Below, in pieces: positions 23,429 to 37,170 of a stretch of DNA of 64,000 nt (the first letter of the stretch is position 1; each line of letters opens with the position of its first letter). Source of the stretch: Eledone cirrhosa. Lineage: Eukaryota. The notes beneath the pieces were generated by a model, which saw nothing but the letters and a program-made list of their open reading frames with translations, did not search any database and had not been told where the DNA came from. A program made the translations under genes and the position numbers. Location: positions 75,516,001-75,580,000 of the forward strand of contig OZ024743.1 in the NCBI GenBank assembly GCA_964016885.1. Reading direction: 5' to 3'.

Positions 23429-26400
23429 TTTCTTATAAAAATGTCAGGTTTTGGTGGCCAAGAAGTTACCCCTCCCCAACTTCCCAGATGGACCCATAGA
23501 CTACTTTGGGGAGCCCTGCTCTAGAATATGCAGTTTGGTATTTGAAACTAAGTAAAGTATTTAGTTGTGTTTAGATAAAAAAAATAATAATTCAATGATT
23601 GTATATATCAATAAGATTGTGCAGTTTTGGAAAATTGGAATATTTATTTTTTTTATTTAAAAATGAAAAAAATTTGAAAATAGCAGAACTGGAGAGAATA
23701 TAATGATTTCTTATTTTTTTCTGTGGGTTTGATATGGATGTTTTATTAGTTTTAAGATTCCAAGTAGAATGATGAATTGCTCTGAATATATTGATAACAA
23801 GGAAATGGTACATTAATAAAAGTAGGATTTGGAGAAGAAAATAGGGGTGAAAACAATTAGGCCTGAGGTTTTATTTGGTACACCATTTAACAACATTGAA
23901 TCAGTTTTACAACAAAACTGAACAGCAAAACAAACCTTTTTTTGGTAATATTTGTTTTTCTTTTTACTAAAAAGAGAATAACTTGAAAAATAAAAATGCA
24001 AATACATACCACACACACACACACACACAATCTCTCCTCTACCTCTCTCTCATTCTTTTGTAATGATTCAATAATTTCATCAAAAAGTTTGGAAGGTGGA
24101 AAGTTTAAAAATAATAGTAATAATATGATAAGGTTGAAGTATAAGTCATCTTTATATTTTCTTATATAAATGTTGAGAAGAAAGGTTTTGCTCAGCAGAA
24201 ACAGATCAAAGTTAAATGCATGAAATGATTGAGTTGAAATCCTGAAACCAAACAGAAATATAACTGAAACCAGTAAATGTTTGTATTTAAAAGTAGATAT
24301 TTAAATATAATATATATTGTAGAAATAGGGTTCCTCCGAAGGGATTTTGGAGTAATGTTACTCAATAGAGTGTGTAGCCTGGGTATCAGAGTTGCTCTGG
24401 GTAGAGCTGCTACTTCTCCAAATTGAGAGACCACAGCTCTGATATGGACATGTGGTTAGAATGTCTCAGGAAAGAATCATTGGACAGACTTTACGGGCAA
24501 AACCAACTAACAGGAAACACAGTGACAGACCCTGAGCAAGATGTTTGGGTAAGATCCATGAGCTTGGATGGTTTTGCTTGGGATCCAACCAGTTGGAGAT
24601 TGTTGCTTCTAACAGGACCCACCAGAAGGAGTGAGGACTCTGCCCCCACAACTCTCTCAGGAATAAGTGGGAGAAGAAGATGAAGAAGATATATTGTCGA
24701 AGTAGTGGAGGACTGGTGAAGTAGGAGCAACTAATTTGATATTAAAGTAAATATATTGTTGATATAACTATATATTGGTTAAATACACAGATAAAGAAAG
24801 CAGTATTGGAAAGGACTATAAATGCCATAAATGAGAAGAAAATGAGGGGAAGGGTAAGGAATATTAGACAAAAGAAGAAAGGGCGAAGGGAAGAGAGTGA
24901 CAGGCTCTACACCTAGGTCAGAATGGTGTTTGGCTGTGCCCCACCACCAAAATGGCAAAGGTATTTCTATGGACAATGCTGAAACAGCCACCCCACCCCT
25001 TAGGGCTCCTTCCTCAGACAGGATGCTATCAATCTGATTTTACAGAGGAGGGGAGCTGACATTTCTTATCAACTATAACAACAATATATTAACTTGAAAT
25101 ATATTATATTCAGTTACATCTTAACATCCATTAATGATTTAGCAGCAAATATATATAAACGAGTTTGTTAATTTAAATGTTTATAATATCTTTATTAGTG
25201 GACAGATCAATGTAAACATTTTCAGTTAACTAAACCAAATGTATAATATTAGAGTAAAAACCATTTTTTATGTGATGCAGTCATAGTGATGTTTTATATT
25301 TTTCAAGAATGTCTTTCAAATGTAGTTTTATGTTGTACAAGATGTTAAGAGTTATTATATATTTAATACTTAGCCCTTTAGTATTTACATTATACTATAT
25401 TTACTATTGTATTTTCACAGTAAACACTTTACCTCATATAATATCGAATCTACAAGATTTTGATATTATTTATTTCGGGTATGAGTGGCCGGTTACAGCC
25501 GGTTTAAAGAGAAAGAGGTGAGAGAATTCTGGCCAGATATGGCTGTTTAAACATTAAATGGTCAAGTCAATAATTGGAGAATAAGGTAACAGGAAAACCT
25601 GGTTTGAACCCAATTTGAAGTTAATCTGATCGGTAAAGTGAAAATGGCAAAGTTTTCCTTAGGTTAAAAACCAGAGGTCACATTAATCTTATAATAATAA
25701 AGATGAACATGGGGGGAGGGGGTACCATCATTGTTTTTCCTATAAAATATAAACAAGAGATCACAGATCTGATACTGTGGACATGTGGTTAGAATGTCTC
25801 AGGAAAGAATCACTGGACAGATTTCATGGGCAAAACCAACCAGCAAGTGACCCAAGGGTAGATCCTGGACAAAATGGATGATATCTATGAGCTTGGTTGT
25901 CATGCTTGGGGATCCAGCCAGATCAGTTGGAGACGGTTGCTTCTGACAGGACCAGCTGGAAGGAGTGTTTGAGGACCCTGCCCCACGACCCTCTCAGGAA
26001 TAAATGGGTGAAGAAGAAGGATAAGAAGAAAGAGGGGGAGGAGGAGAGGAGAAGAAGGAGGAGGAGGAGGGGGAGAAGAAGAAGAAGAAATGTAAACATG
26101 AAATAGTAAGATTTCCTCCATAAATATTTCATTTCACTAAAATATATTCACTGGTGTCGTTATTGTTGATTATATGGCAAGAATTAGAACTTCTTGAAAT
26201 ATCTGACTGGAACTAAATCGACATCATTGTCGTTTTAATGTCCACTTTCCCTGCTAGCATGGGTTAGACAGGTCTATATAGACCAAGTCAGTACTGTAGT
26301 GGTGCCACTGACCTAGCAAGGGTTAGACAGGTCTATGTAGACCACGTCAGTACTGCAGTGGTGCCACTGACCTAGCAAGGGTTAGACAGGTCTATATAGA

Positions 26401-26531
26401 CCAAGTCAGTACTGAAGTGAAGCTGTTGATCTCATAGAGAAGCCAGGGATCTGTAATATTTTGAATTGTATTCTAACAACATCAAACTAAGAGAAATATG
26501 TTAATTTAAATGTTAATACTTTAATCAAGGG

Positions 26532-26852
26532 TGAAGGTGCGTGACTTTGTGGTTTGGGTATTTGGCTCACGATCATAAGGTCGCGAGTTCAATTCACGGC
26601 AGCACACTGTGTCCTTGAGCAAGACACTTTATTTCACGTTGCTCCAGTCCTTTCAGTTGGCAAAAATGAATTGTACCTGTAATTCGAAGAACCAGCCGTC
26701 ACATTCTGTCTCATGCTGAATCTCCCTGAGAACTACGTTAAGTGTACACGTATTTGTGGAATGCTCAGCCATTTGGACGTTAATTTCATGAGCAGGCTGT
26801 TTCATTGATTCAATCAACTGGAACACTCGTCGTTGTAACCGACGGAGTGCTG
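26532..26852 (+). mobile_element. tRNA-derived SINE with CORE-like centre (related copies 46693-46985 +; 39320-39600, 52230-52560 -)
   Basis: A/B-box-like head (..GAGTTCAATTC) followed by GTCCTTGAGCAAGACACTTTATTTCACGTTGCTCCAGT. Confidence 0.75.
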
Positions 26853-29113
26853 CTACTGCTATTTCAACCAATTACAGACTTAGTATATTCAAAGTCAACT
26901 TAGTTAAGTATAAAATGAATCTATTATGCCAAATTTAATCAGGAAGAGGGGGGAAGGGTTCATTTATGGCATGGAAGGTGATCTTAGATGAGTGTAAAGG
27001 ATTTTTGTTGACAATTTTCTTTAATGTAACGTCAGTCTGCCCCTTTTAATATATATCACTTTCATATATTCAATAAATTCTGTTCAGTAATTCTTTACAC
27101 ATTGTTCACCATACTAATGTCTTTTTGAGCTCAACTTGCTAAAAATTGTATCCAAATATCCTTCAAATCACAACCTACCATCTTGAGTATACATAGGATA
27201 ATTTAGTCATAGATATACTATATCTGAAAATAAGTTGTGGCGATCATGGCTGGAATGTCTTTGGTCATAGGACTGCTCAATTAGGGTTGAACAACAACTA
27301 ATGTATTTTCTCTAAACAACATTTTGTAGTCAAAGTATTTTTATTATAGTTAATATGAGCTTTTGTTCATTACATTCAATTTGAATATTTCTAATTACCT
27401 AGCTTGTCTGTTTTCTCTGTTGAACTTATTCTGTCCCTCTTATAGAAAACCATTCATTCATTATGTATATTTTATGTACAAAAGCTGTAACTCTATATCA
27501 TCAATATAGTCCAAAGTTTCTTCATTATGTTGAGAATAACAATATGTTCAACATATTATATAAAAATCACATTTGAAAATGAAAACATATCTGAAATATT
27601 TAGACGGCAACTTGCAAAGTTTCTAAATGATGTCAATATGATTTTTTTTTATGCATGCATGGCATTTTAAAACCCAACAGAGCCCATCTCCTCTCCAGGA
27701 AGATTTTGTTAATACATATATACAAATCATTGACATTTTTACATCTTTCCATGCTGGCATGAGTTGGACAAGTCATCTCCAGCTCAGCTTTGCTCCACCA
27801 TAATTTGTGCAAAGGATTAGCTAGAATTTCTCAAAATTAATATTAATTAAACCAGAAATATCTACATGAACTAAATCTTAAAAAAATATTATTTTAAGTA
27901 ATGAATGAGAAAAACAAAACAAAAACCATGGTTTTGTCATGTCTATGTAGCACTGCAGAGCCTGTCTCAAATAATGGTTTCTGATTTAGGCACAAGGCCA
28001 ACAATTTGTGGGGAGGCGAAAGTCGATTAAATTGACCCCAGTGTGTTACTGGTACTTTATTTTATCAAACCCGTAAGGATGAAAGGCAAAGCTAACCTTG
28101 GCGGGATTTGAAATCAGAATGTAAAGGATCGTATCTCTTCCATAAAGCATGGTGTTCAACACTAATGATTCTACTGCTAATTCACCACCCCAAATATTAC
28201 TCCCTACTCATAATACACAAATAAATCCAACTTTTATTTATAAAAGTTATTACTCGTAAAATACATTTGTTGTATCTATGTGTGTGTTCTATTCACATGA
28301 TATTTTTTTATATAAAACTTTCAGCTTAACATTTTCAATAATCTAGGGTTGAGCTCTATTATTGTTTTGTCTCCTTTTTGTAGAATAAATCAAAAGAGAT
28401 TAACAGAAAAAAGAAAGTGACTCTGATACATACATAATCTAGATGAAAACACTGCATGTTATAAATAACACAGAGGTATGATAGACATCTGTTTGAGTTG
28501 ATATTCTATAAGGCAAGAAAGAAATTTGATCTGATTATAGTGGGATCTGCCATACCTAAGCAAGATATCCATACATTTAACTAGTTGGTGAATATACATT
28601 ACAAGTTGAAGATGGGATAGATTACCTTGTATGAATAATCTCAAAAAGTTAGTAATAAGAATTATACATATATGATTTCATATGAATGAAACAGTTCTAG
28701 TCCCGTAGAAGTCATTTCTATGATTTTGAGAGATTTACTAAAATTATTATTTCATTACTAAGATAGTAACTTAACCCTTTCACGACTGCATTTCTAACGA
28801 AATACTCTCTATTTTAATTAATGGTTAACATTTATGTCTTACGATTATGTTTATTCTATGTAAAACATTTACTAAAATGACTAATTATTTCATTACTAAG
28901 ATAGTAACTTAATGTAAGGTTTTTATATAAAATTATGGTGGAAGATTTTAATTCAAATTGGAAACCTTTAAAATGAGTGATTTTATTTCATAGAACCAGA
29001 GCTGGTTTTGGCTGGGTTGGTAACTAAAGGATACATGCAATAGAACTGTGCCAGTAACCAGGTCACAGATGTGTTGCCAAACATTTTGACACTTTCTAAC
29101 TTTATACCATTAA

Positions 29114-29336
29114 CCCTTTAACATTTACATTACTCTATATATATATTATTGTATTTTGGTGGTAAAAGCTTTATCTTACATAAATATCTCACATAATATT
29201 GAATCAACGAGATTTTGATGTTATTTATTTTGAGAACAATATCTTAACATCAGTATGAGTGGCTGGTTATGGCCAGTTTGAACAGAAAGAAGTGAGAGAA
29301 TTCTGGCCGGATACAGCCGGTTTAAATGCTAAAGGG
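29114..29336 (-). mobile_element. TTAA-flanked MITE (piggyBac-like)
   Basis: TTAA|CCCTTTAACATTTA ... TAAATGCTAAAGGG|TTAA. Confidence 0.88.
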
Positions 29337-29539
29337 TTAAAAAAAACAAAACAAAAATGAATGTAGTATATGTGCTTTTAAATGGCTAACACACATCTTC
29401 CATGATATTCCTGTTTCAGTTCTGACACATCTTAGATCAAGTCATTTGTTTAGCAACTACAACTCACAAGTGGTCTTAATGTTTTCTATTTTAACACTTT
29501 TTTGAATAATTTCTAATTCAGCACATACTTCAGTAAAAC

Positions 29540-30290
29540 TGGTGTTGTGACATACAGCGTGTCTTGTGCATTTTAAATCTGACGGAGCCCATTTCCTCTT
29601 CAAGCCTGAACACAGATGAGTTTTTCCAGAGAAGGAGAAAGAGAGTGAGAGAGAAGAAGTAAGAAAGAGATATAGAGGAAGAATTACCCTAAGTCTTGGG
29701 CTGGTACTTTTTTTTTTTTATTGACCTTGAAAGGAAGAAAGGCAAAATAAATTTTGGTTGGTTTTGAACTTGGAGTACAGAGAGCTGGAACGAATACTAT
29801 AAAACATTCTATTGGACGTTCTAATGGTTCTGGCAATTCAATGCCTAGTTTTACTTATACAAGATAAGTAATTCTGTTTGCTTCGACTAATTCATAACTG
29901 ATAGGAAAAGTTCTAGAAAACTACTTTAACAATGTGTAAATTTGCAATAGTCATTCTATCCATATCACCATAGATATGGTATGGTCCCGTAACTCCTGAT
30001 AGAGTATAGGAGTACCGTAGTGACATACAGCGTTTCTTGGGTATTTTAAGCCTGGCAGAGCCCATCTCCTCTCCAGGTCTGACTACAGTAGATTTCTTCC
30101 AGAGAAGGATAGAGAGTGAGAAAGAGATAAATAGGAAGAATTGACCCCAGTACTTGACTAGAACTTTTTTTTATCGACCTTGAATAGATGAAAGGCAAAG
30201 TTGACCTTGTCGAGATTTGAACTCAGAGGGTCAGAATGAATACCACAAAGCATTCTATCTGACATTCTAATGACTGGTAATTTGCCACCT
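29540..30290 (-). mobile_element. Two copies of long-tailed SINE variant (also 5445-5700, 49845-50045, 62510-62665)
   Basis: Shared GAGCCCATCTCCTCTCCAGGTCTGA..GATTTCTTCCAGAGAAGG..GAAGAATTGACCCCAGTACTTGACT..GGCAAAGTTGACC..TTTGAACTC. Confidence 0.75.
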
Positions 30291-30473
30291 CAGCAGAGAT
30301 AAATGAATGCCAAACAATGAAGTAAGAAATTGTTTACAGACCAACTTTTAACTAAAAGGTTTAATGAATGCTCTAATTTGATTCAAGTCATTAAGATATT
30401 TTCAGCTTTCATACCACAGACAGGACTTTATTTAGAATGTAAGATTGACTCTATTTTCTTAGCTATAAACTTC

Positions 30474-31221
30474 TATAACGGCGGCGAAGATTCGAAACCG
30501 AATCTGAGCTTTCCCGCCTCTGGGACAAGCCATGGTAACTTGTTTATGCTCAGGAGACTAACCCCTTGGGAGAGGCTAAACACAGGTCAGAGGTGTTTAC
30601 GCCTGACAGAAAATCGGTCAGAGGTGTTTACGCCTGACAGAAAATCGGTCAGAGAGATATATCCATCTTTCTGACTTGTTTACGCTTGGCAAACTAATCC
30701 CTTGGGAGACTAACCAAAGTTCAGAGGATATATCTATCCTTCTAACTTCAACCCTTATAAAGACAGGGATTGTTTACGCCAAAAATAGAAAAGAAGTGGA
30801 TACAGACAAGACGAGACGTTTTTTACAGGCTCTCGTCACGAAAAACCAGTCTGCCATTTATTCTCACCTTCCTGGCTGATCGCTGACTCCTGCAATACAA
30901 ATAAGTAAATATACTGATACGCCACACACACGCATTCATAGTGAGTCCAACATTTGTACACGCACCATTCATTTCTGTTTACACATATTATAATCGTATT
31001 CTGTGATATTTGAATTTACGTGGCTCGAAGAGCCACCAAATTATTGTATGAATATTTTGTGTCAATTATTTTATCATTCAGTATTCAATTTGAATATTGC
31101 TGTAATAAAATAAACTTTGTAACAACACTCCTGGTATTTTTATTTACACCGAAACCACCATACCAACAGTTACATCCATCCATCCACTTGTCGTTACAAC
31201 CACACATAATATTCTGTTACA
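30474..31221 (+). mobile_element. Solo LTR (Gypsy-like, 748 bp)
   Basis: 4-bp TSD CTTC (30470-30473, 31222-31225); termini TATAAC (TG>TA)...GTTACA; TATAAA near 30756; AATAAA near 31104; 31-bp tandem duplication in U3. Confidence 0.82.
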
Positions 31222-31359
31222 CTTCCAACAGTTTACCTGTACAAATATTTAGAGCACAATAGTTACTCAAATATTTAATCAACTGTGAATGGATGAAAGG
31301 TAAAGCTGATGTCTGCTGAAATTGATTTCTAAATAATGAAGCATGCAGTAAATATGGTA

Positions 31360-32240
31360 AAGTGTGTAGCCTGGTATTCTACCATCACTACCACACTCTC
31401 CATAGCCTAGTATTCTACTATCACTACCACACCCTTCATAGCCTAGTATTCTACCAACTGAGCTATCTCTACCACAATCTCCATACCTTGGTATTCTACC
31501 AACTGAGCTATCTTGACCACACTCTCCATACCCTGGTATTCTACCAACTGAGTTATCTCTACTACACTCTCCATAGTCTAGTATTCTACCAACAGAGCTA
31601 TCTCTACCACACTCTCCATACCCTGGTATTATACCAACTGAGTTATCTCTACCACACTCTCCATACCCTAGTGTTCTACCAACTGAGCTATCTCTACCAC
31701 TCTCCATACCCTAGTATTCTACCAACAGAGCTATCTCTACCACACTCTCCATACCCTGGTATTATACCAACTGAGTTATCTCTACCACACTCTCCATACC
31801 CTAGTGTTCTACCAACTGAGCTATCTCTACCACTCTCCATACCCTAGTATTCTACCAACAGAGCTATCTCTACCACACTCTCCATACCCTAGTATTCTAC
31901 CAACTGAGATATCTCTACCACACTCTCCATATCCTAGTATTCTACCAACAGTGCCATTTCTACCACACTTTCCATAGCCTAGTATTCTACCAACTGAGCT
32001 ATCTCTACCACACTCTCCATACCCTAGTATTCTACCAACTGAGCTATCTCTACCACACTCTCCATACCCTAGTATTCTACCAACAGTGTCATTTCTACCA
32101 CACTTTCCATAGCCTAGTATTCTACCAACTGAGCCACCTCTACCACTCTCTCCATAGTATTGTATTCTACCAACAGTGCCATTTCTACCACACTCTCCAT
32201 ACCTTAGTATTCTACCAACAGTGCCATTTCTACCACACTC
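31360..32240 (-). repeat. 45-bp minisatellite whose minus strand carries a tRNA A-box/D-arm-like sequence
   Basis: Unit reverse complement TATGGAGAGTGTGGTAGAGATAGCTCAGTTGGTAGAATACTAGGG. Confidence 0.92.
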
Positions 32241-32542
32241 TTCATAATTTAGAGGTGGAGAAAGTCAATTAAATCAACTTCAATAATTGACTTCTACTTT
32301 ATTTTATTGGCCCCTGAAAGGATGAAAGGTAAACCTCGGCAAGATTTGAAATCAAAATGAAAAGAGGTTTAAATAAATGTTCAATATTTTCTCCCACACT
32401 CTAATGATTCAGTTAATTTACTACCAAATTATTAATAATTACTTTTGACGAGGCAAAAGATCAATTTTGTAAAAGATATAATTAACAAACTTGCTTTAGT
32501 ATTTTATTAGTTCTTATTTTAACTCGCAATCAATTAAAACAA

Positions 32543-32907
32543 CTACTCTTGAGTCTCGAATAATCATCCCCCACCCGCTTAGTAATTGTCAGACCCCCCC
32601 ACCTCTCTTATGCCACCCCCACTCTCTTTATTCAATTTTGCTAATCTATCTCCAGTGAAATCTCATTCTAAGTGGTAGCATTCCAGCGACAATTTTCTTT
32701 AGTCATTAAAAAACATTATACATGACAAAAAAAGTACATAACTAGAAATCCCATACGTTATAAAATAAATAGGATGGGTTGGGATTTCAATATGTAAACT
32801 AAATGACTAATTCTGGTTATTAAAAAAATCAATGGAGACAACCTAAAAAAATTATCGATTCCACACCACATTTATCCCCCCCTCCCATTATTTGGGACCC
32901 AAGAGTA
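32543..32907. mobile_element. TA-flanked MITE (Tc1/mariner-like); oppositely oriented copy at 53885-54259
   Basis: TACTCTTGAGTCTC...GGGACCCAAGAGTA terminal inverted repeats; the interior is the reverse complement of 53885-54259. Confidence 0.75.
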
Positions 32908-33274
32908 GTCTAGCAGAAGACTAGTTCCATTTATCAGTGATTCTAGTAATAATTATTTCTAACATTGGTACAAGGCCAGTACTTGGAGGAAAGTTGGTTA
33001 TATCGACCCCACCCCCAGTACTTTACTGGTACTTTATTTCTATCAACCTCGGAAAGAATGAAAGGCAAAGTTGACCTTGGTGGGATTTGAACTCAGAATG
33101 TAGAAAGTCGTAACTAAATGCTGCAAAGATTTTTGTTCAAAGGTCTACTAATACTGCCAATCCACCATCCTTGCACAAAATTCTAGTAATAAGCAGAAAA
33201 CCTTTGAATTATACAACAAGATTTATTGTAAGTCCAAACAAACTGGCTGACTAATCAAAAACTAATTCTATTAT

Positions 33275-33900
33275 GTTGGTGTCACAACAAAAAGCGCCCA
33301 GTACACACTGTAAAGTAGTCATGTAGGTGTCACTTCAAAAAGCACCCAGTCCACATTTAAAGTGGTCATGTAGGTGACATGACGAAAAGCACCCAGTCCA
33401 CACTGTGAAGTAGTCATGTTGGTATCACAGCAAAAAGCACCCAGTCCATACAGTAAAGTAGTCAAGTAGGTGTCATGACAAAAAGCACCCAGCCCACACT
33501 GTAAAGTGGTCATGTAGGTGTCATGACAAAATGCACCCAATCTACACTGTAAAGTAGTCAAGTAGGTGTCATGACAAAAAGCACCCAGTACACACTGTAA
33601 AGTAGTCATGTAGGTGCCACATCAAAAAACACCCAGTACACACTATAAAGTTGTCATGTAGGTGCCACATCAAAAAACACCCAGTACACACTATAAAGTA
33701 GTCATGTAGATGTCATGACAAAAAGCATCCAGTACACACTGTAAATATGGTCGGCATTAGTAAGGGCATCCAGTCATAGAAATTAAGCCAGAAACAGTTC
33801 TGTATGAGTAAGACATGGTCACCTGACCTGACTGACCTCAAACGGGACAACCCATCTAACCCATGCTAACATGGAAAATAGACGTTGAACGGTGATGATA
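33275..33900 (+). mobile_element. RTE-tailed SINE/LINE 3' fragment with internal ~45-bp unit expanded about 10x (similar arrays 55378-56162 +, 62785-63175 -)
   Basis: (CACACTGTAAAGTGGTCATGTAGGTGTCATGACAAAAAGCACCCAGT)n, then AAGGGCATCCAG motif and CCCATGCTAACATGGAAAATAGACGTT(GAT)n tail. Confidence 0.85.
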
Positions 33901-34184
33901 ATAATTTGTCAGAATTTTGAAATGATTTTAAAAAGGTTTCTACATAGGCCCCCATCCTGTTTTGTGGTTTATTTTATTCTAATGTCTTCAGAGGTGAGTG
34001 TCTACAGCATCACAAGCTGTGTGTATATGTGTCTATGTATGTATGTGTGTATAACATTAATGTGTCACAGCTGTGTTGGATGTGAGTTGTGTCAGTTGTT
34101 ACATTGTGTATTATGTAGAAGTGTTGTGTTGTGTTGTGTTGGGTATTATTTAGAAGTATTGTGTTGGATATAATAATAATGAAA

Positions 34185-34700
34185 TTATTGTGTACAGTGC
34201 TCAGGTGCACTACAACTCATCAAAGGTGCTTGTATAGTACATAGAATAATATACAAATGTCAGGAAATTGAACAGTGTACGAGTCATGAAATACATGTGC
34301 GCATGTGTATGGAGGGGGGGGGGGGGGGCATCAGGTGTAGTGTTGGCGAGTTTCAGAAGCATGGAGGTTTTAAAGGATGCAGTGTCTTGACAGCTAACAA
34401 CTGATGCAGGTAGGTTGTTCCATGGAGGTTTTAAAGGATGCAGTGTCTTGACAGCTAACAACTGATGCAGGTAGGTTGTTCCATGGAGGTTTTAAAGGAT
34501 GCAGTGTCTTGACAGCTAATAACTGATACAGGTAGTTTGTTCCATGCTTCAGCAACTCTGAGCATGAAAAGATGTTTCCGAAAGTCATGGTAGCTGTGCT
34601 ATTTTCTGACTTTGTAGGCATGCCCACATGTGTTAGACACATGGAATTATAAAAGGTGCTCAGGGTTGTTGTTGGCAAGATGGTTAATAATTTTGTAGAA
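34185..34700 (-). mobile_element. CR1/L2-like LINE 3' fragment with 60-bp triplication
   Basis: Reads ..WNNLPASVVSCQDTASFKTSML; the 3' end GTTGTAGTGCACCTGAGCACTGTAC is also seen at 14752-14777 (+). Confidence 0.65.
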
Positions 34701-35317
34701 GTGTTGTGTTAGGTATTAGTTATGTAGAAGTATTGTGTTGGGTATTAGTTATGTAGAAGTGTTGTGTTGTGTTATTTAATTGGGCCTTAATAATATAAAG
34801 CAGGGTTTCCCAACCTGGACAACATCATCCACCAGTGGGCGATGAGCAATTGGAAATTTTGGTGGACAATATAGGATTTTGAGTATTAAGAAAGTATTTC
34901 AACATATGCTACCCATAAGAAAATATTCAAAGGAGACATGCAAAGAAACTGTATATAAAACAAAACAAAATGAAGGCTAAATGGAAATAACAAAACAGTA
35001 ACAAACTTTAACCAAACATTTTTGGTGTTTTAAATATTTACTATACAGTTAGGTGGTGAAAAATGTTTCCATGAGAAAGTAGGCGATGAAATATCTCCCA
35101 GGTGACAGTAACCTGGTGGTGGTGGTTGTATTACACCATGTTTGCTACATGTTAATATCTTTTATCTAGGATCTAGACCAGCATCTCTCAGGTGACAGTA
35201 TTACACCATGTTTGCTACATGTTAATATCTCTCAAATGACAGTAACATGGTGGCCATACACATGTTTGCTACATCTCTTACCTGTTTTAATATTGAAGTG
35301 TTGGAATGTAGCTGCCA

Positions 35318-37170
35318 GCTAGATCAAGTCTGAGTATATTTGGACTTGGGAAAAACTGACCAGCCCAACTAGGTCAAGTCTGAGTATATTTGGACTTGGG
35401 AAAAACTGACCAGTCCAACTAGATCAAGTCTGACTATATTTGCACTTGGGAACAACTGACCAGCCCAACTAGGTCAAGTCTGAGTATATTTGGACTTGGG
35501 AAAAACTGACCAGTCCAACTAGATCAAGTCTGAGTATATTTGGACTTGGGAAAAACTGACCAGTCCAACTAGATCAAGCCTGTGACTATATTTGGACTTG
35601 GGAACAACTGACCAGTCCAACTAGGTCAAGTCTGACTATATTTGGACTTGGGAACAACTGACCAGCCCAACTAGATCAAGTCTGACTATATTTGCACTTG
35701 GGAACAACTGACCAGCCCAACTAGGTCAAGTCTGACTATATTTGGACTTGGGAACAACTGACCAAACCAACTAGGTCAAGTCTGACTATATTTGGACTTG
35801 GGAACAACTGACCAGTCCAACTAGGTCAAGTCTGACTATATTTGGACTTGGGAACAACTGACCAGCCCAACTAGATCAAGTCTGACTATATTTGCACTTG
35901 GGAACAACTGACCAGCCCAACTAGGTCAAGTCTGACTATATTTGGACTTGGGAACAACTGACCAGTCCAACTAGGTCAAGTCTGACTATATTTGGACTTG
36001 GGAACAACTGACCAGTCCAACTAGGTCAAGTCTGACTATATTTGGACTTGGGAACAACTGACCAGCCCAACTAGATCAAGTCTGACTATATTTGCACTTG
36101 GGAACAACTGACCAGCCCAACTAGGTCAAGTCTGACTATATTTGGACTTGGGAACAACTGACCAGTCCAACTAGGTCAAGTCTGACTATATTTGGACTTG
36201 GGAACAACTGACCAGCCCAACTAGATCAAGTCTGACTATATTTGCACTTGGGAACAACTGACCAGCCCAACTAGGTCAAGTCTGACTATATTTGGACTTG
36301 GGAACAACTGACCAAACCAACTAGGTCAAGTCTGACTATATTTGGACTTGGGAACAACTGACCAGCCCAGCTAGATCAAGTCTGACTATATTTGCACTTG
36401 GGAACAACTGACCAGCCCAACTAGGTCAAGTCTGACTATATTTGGACTTGGGAACAACTGACCAGTCCAACTAGGTCAAGTCTGACTATATTTGGACTTG
36501 GGAACAACTGACCAGCCCAACTAGATCAAGTCTGACTATATTTGCACTTGGGAACAACTGACCAGCCCAACTAGGTCAAGTCTGACTATATTTGGACTTG
36601 GGAACAACTGACCAGTCCAACTAGGTCAAGTCTGACTATATTTGGACTTGGGAACAACTGACCAGCCCAACTAGATCAAGTCTGACTATATTTGCACTTG
36701 GGAACAACTGACCAGCCCAACTAGGTCAAGTCTGACTATATTTGGACTTGGGAACAACTGACCAAACCAACTAGGTCAAGTCTGACTATATTTGGACTTG
36801 GGAACAACTGACCAGCCCAACTAGATCAAGTCTGACTATATTTGGACTTGGGAACAACTGACCAAACCAACTAGGTCAAGTCTGACTATATTTGGACTTG
36901 GGAACAACTGACCAGCCCAACTAGGTCAAGTCTGACTATATTTGGACTTGGGAACAACTGACCAGCCCAACTAGATCAAGTCTGACTATATTTGGACTTG
37001 GGAACAATTGACCAGCCCAACTAGGTCAAGTCTGACTATATTTGGACTTGGGAACAATTGACCAGCCCAGCTAGATCAAGTCTGTGACTATATTTGGACT
37101 TGGAAACAACTGACCAGCCCAACTGGATCAAGTCTGACTATATTTGGACATGGCAATGACTGACCAGCCA
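35318..37170. repeat. 50-bp minisatellite (CTAGGTCAAGTCTGACTATATTTGGACTTGGGAACAACTGACCAGCCCAA)
   Basis: About 37 tandem units, no spacers. Confidence 0.97.

Noticed and set aside
30330-31262. Three plus-strand ORFs
   Set aside because: They overlap the solo LTR and have no protein motifs.
31279-31847. Repeat ORFs (GYGECGRDSSVGRI; HTLVFYQLSYL)
   Set aside because: 45-bp tandem unit; the frame is broken by 2-bp deletion units.
33913-33999. Plus-strand exon ending in GAG|GTGAGT
   Set aside because: Strong donor but ambiguous acceptor, no recognisable peptide, and embedded between repeats.
35318-37170. CRISPR-like array (palindromic repeats)
   Set aside because: No unique spacers and no cas genes; eukaryotic minisatellite.
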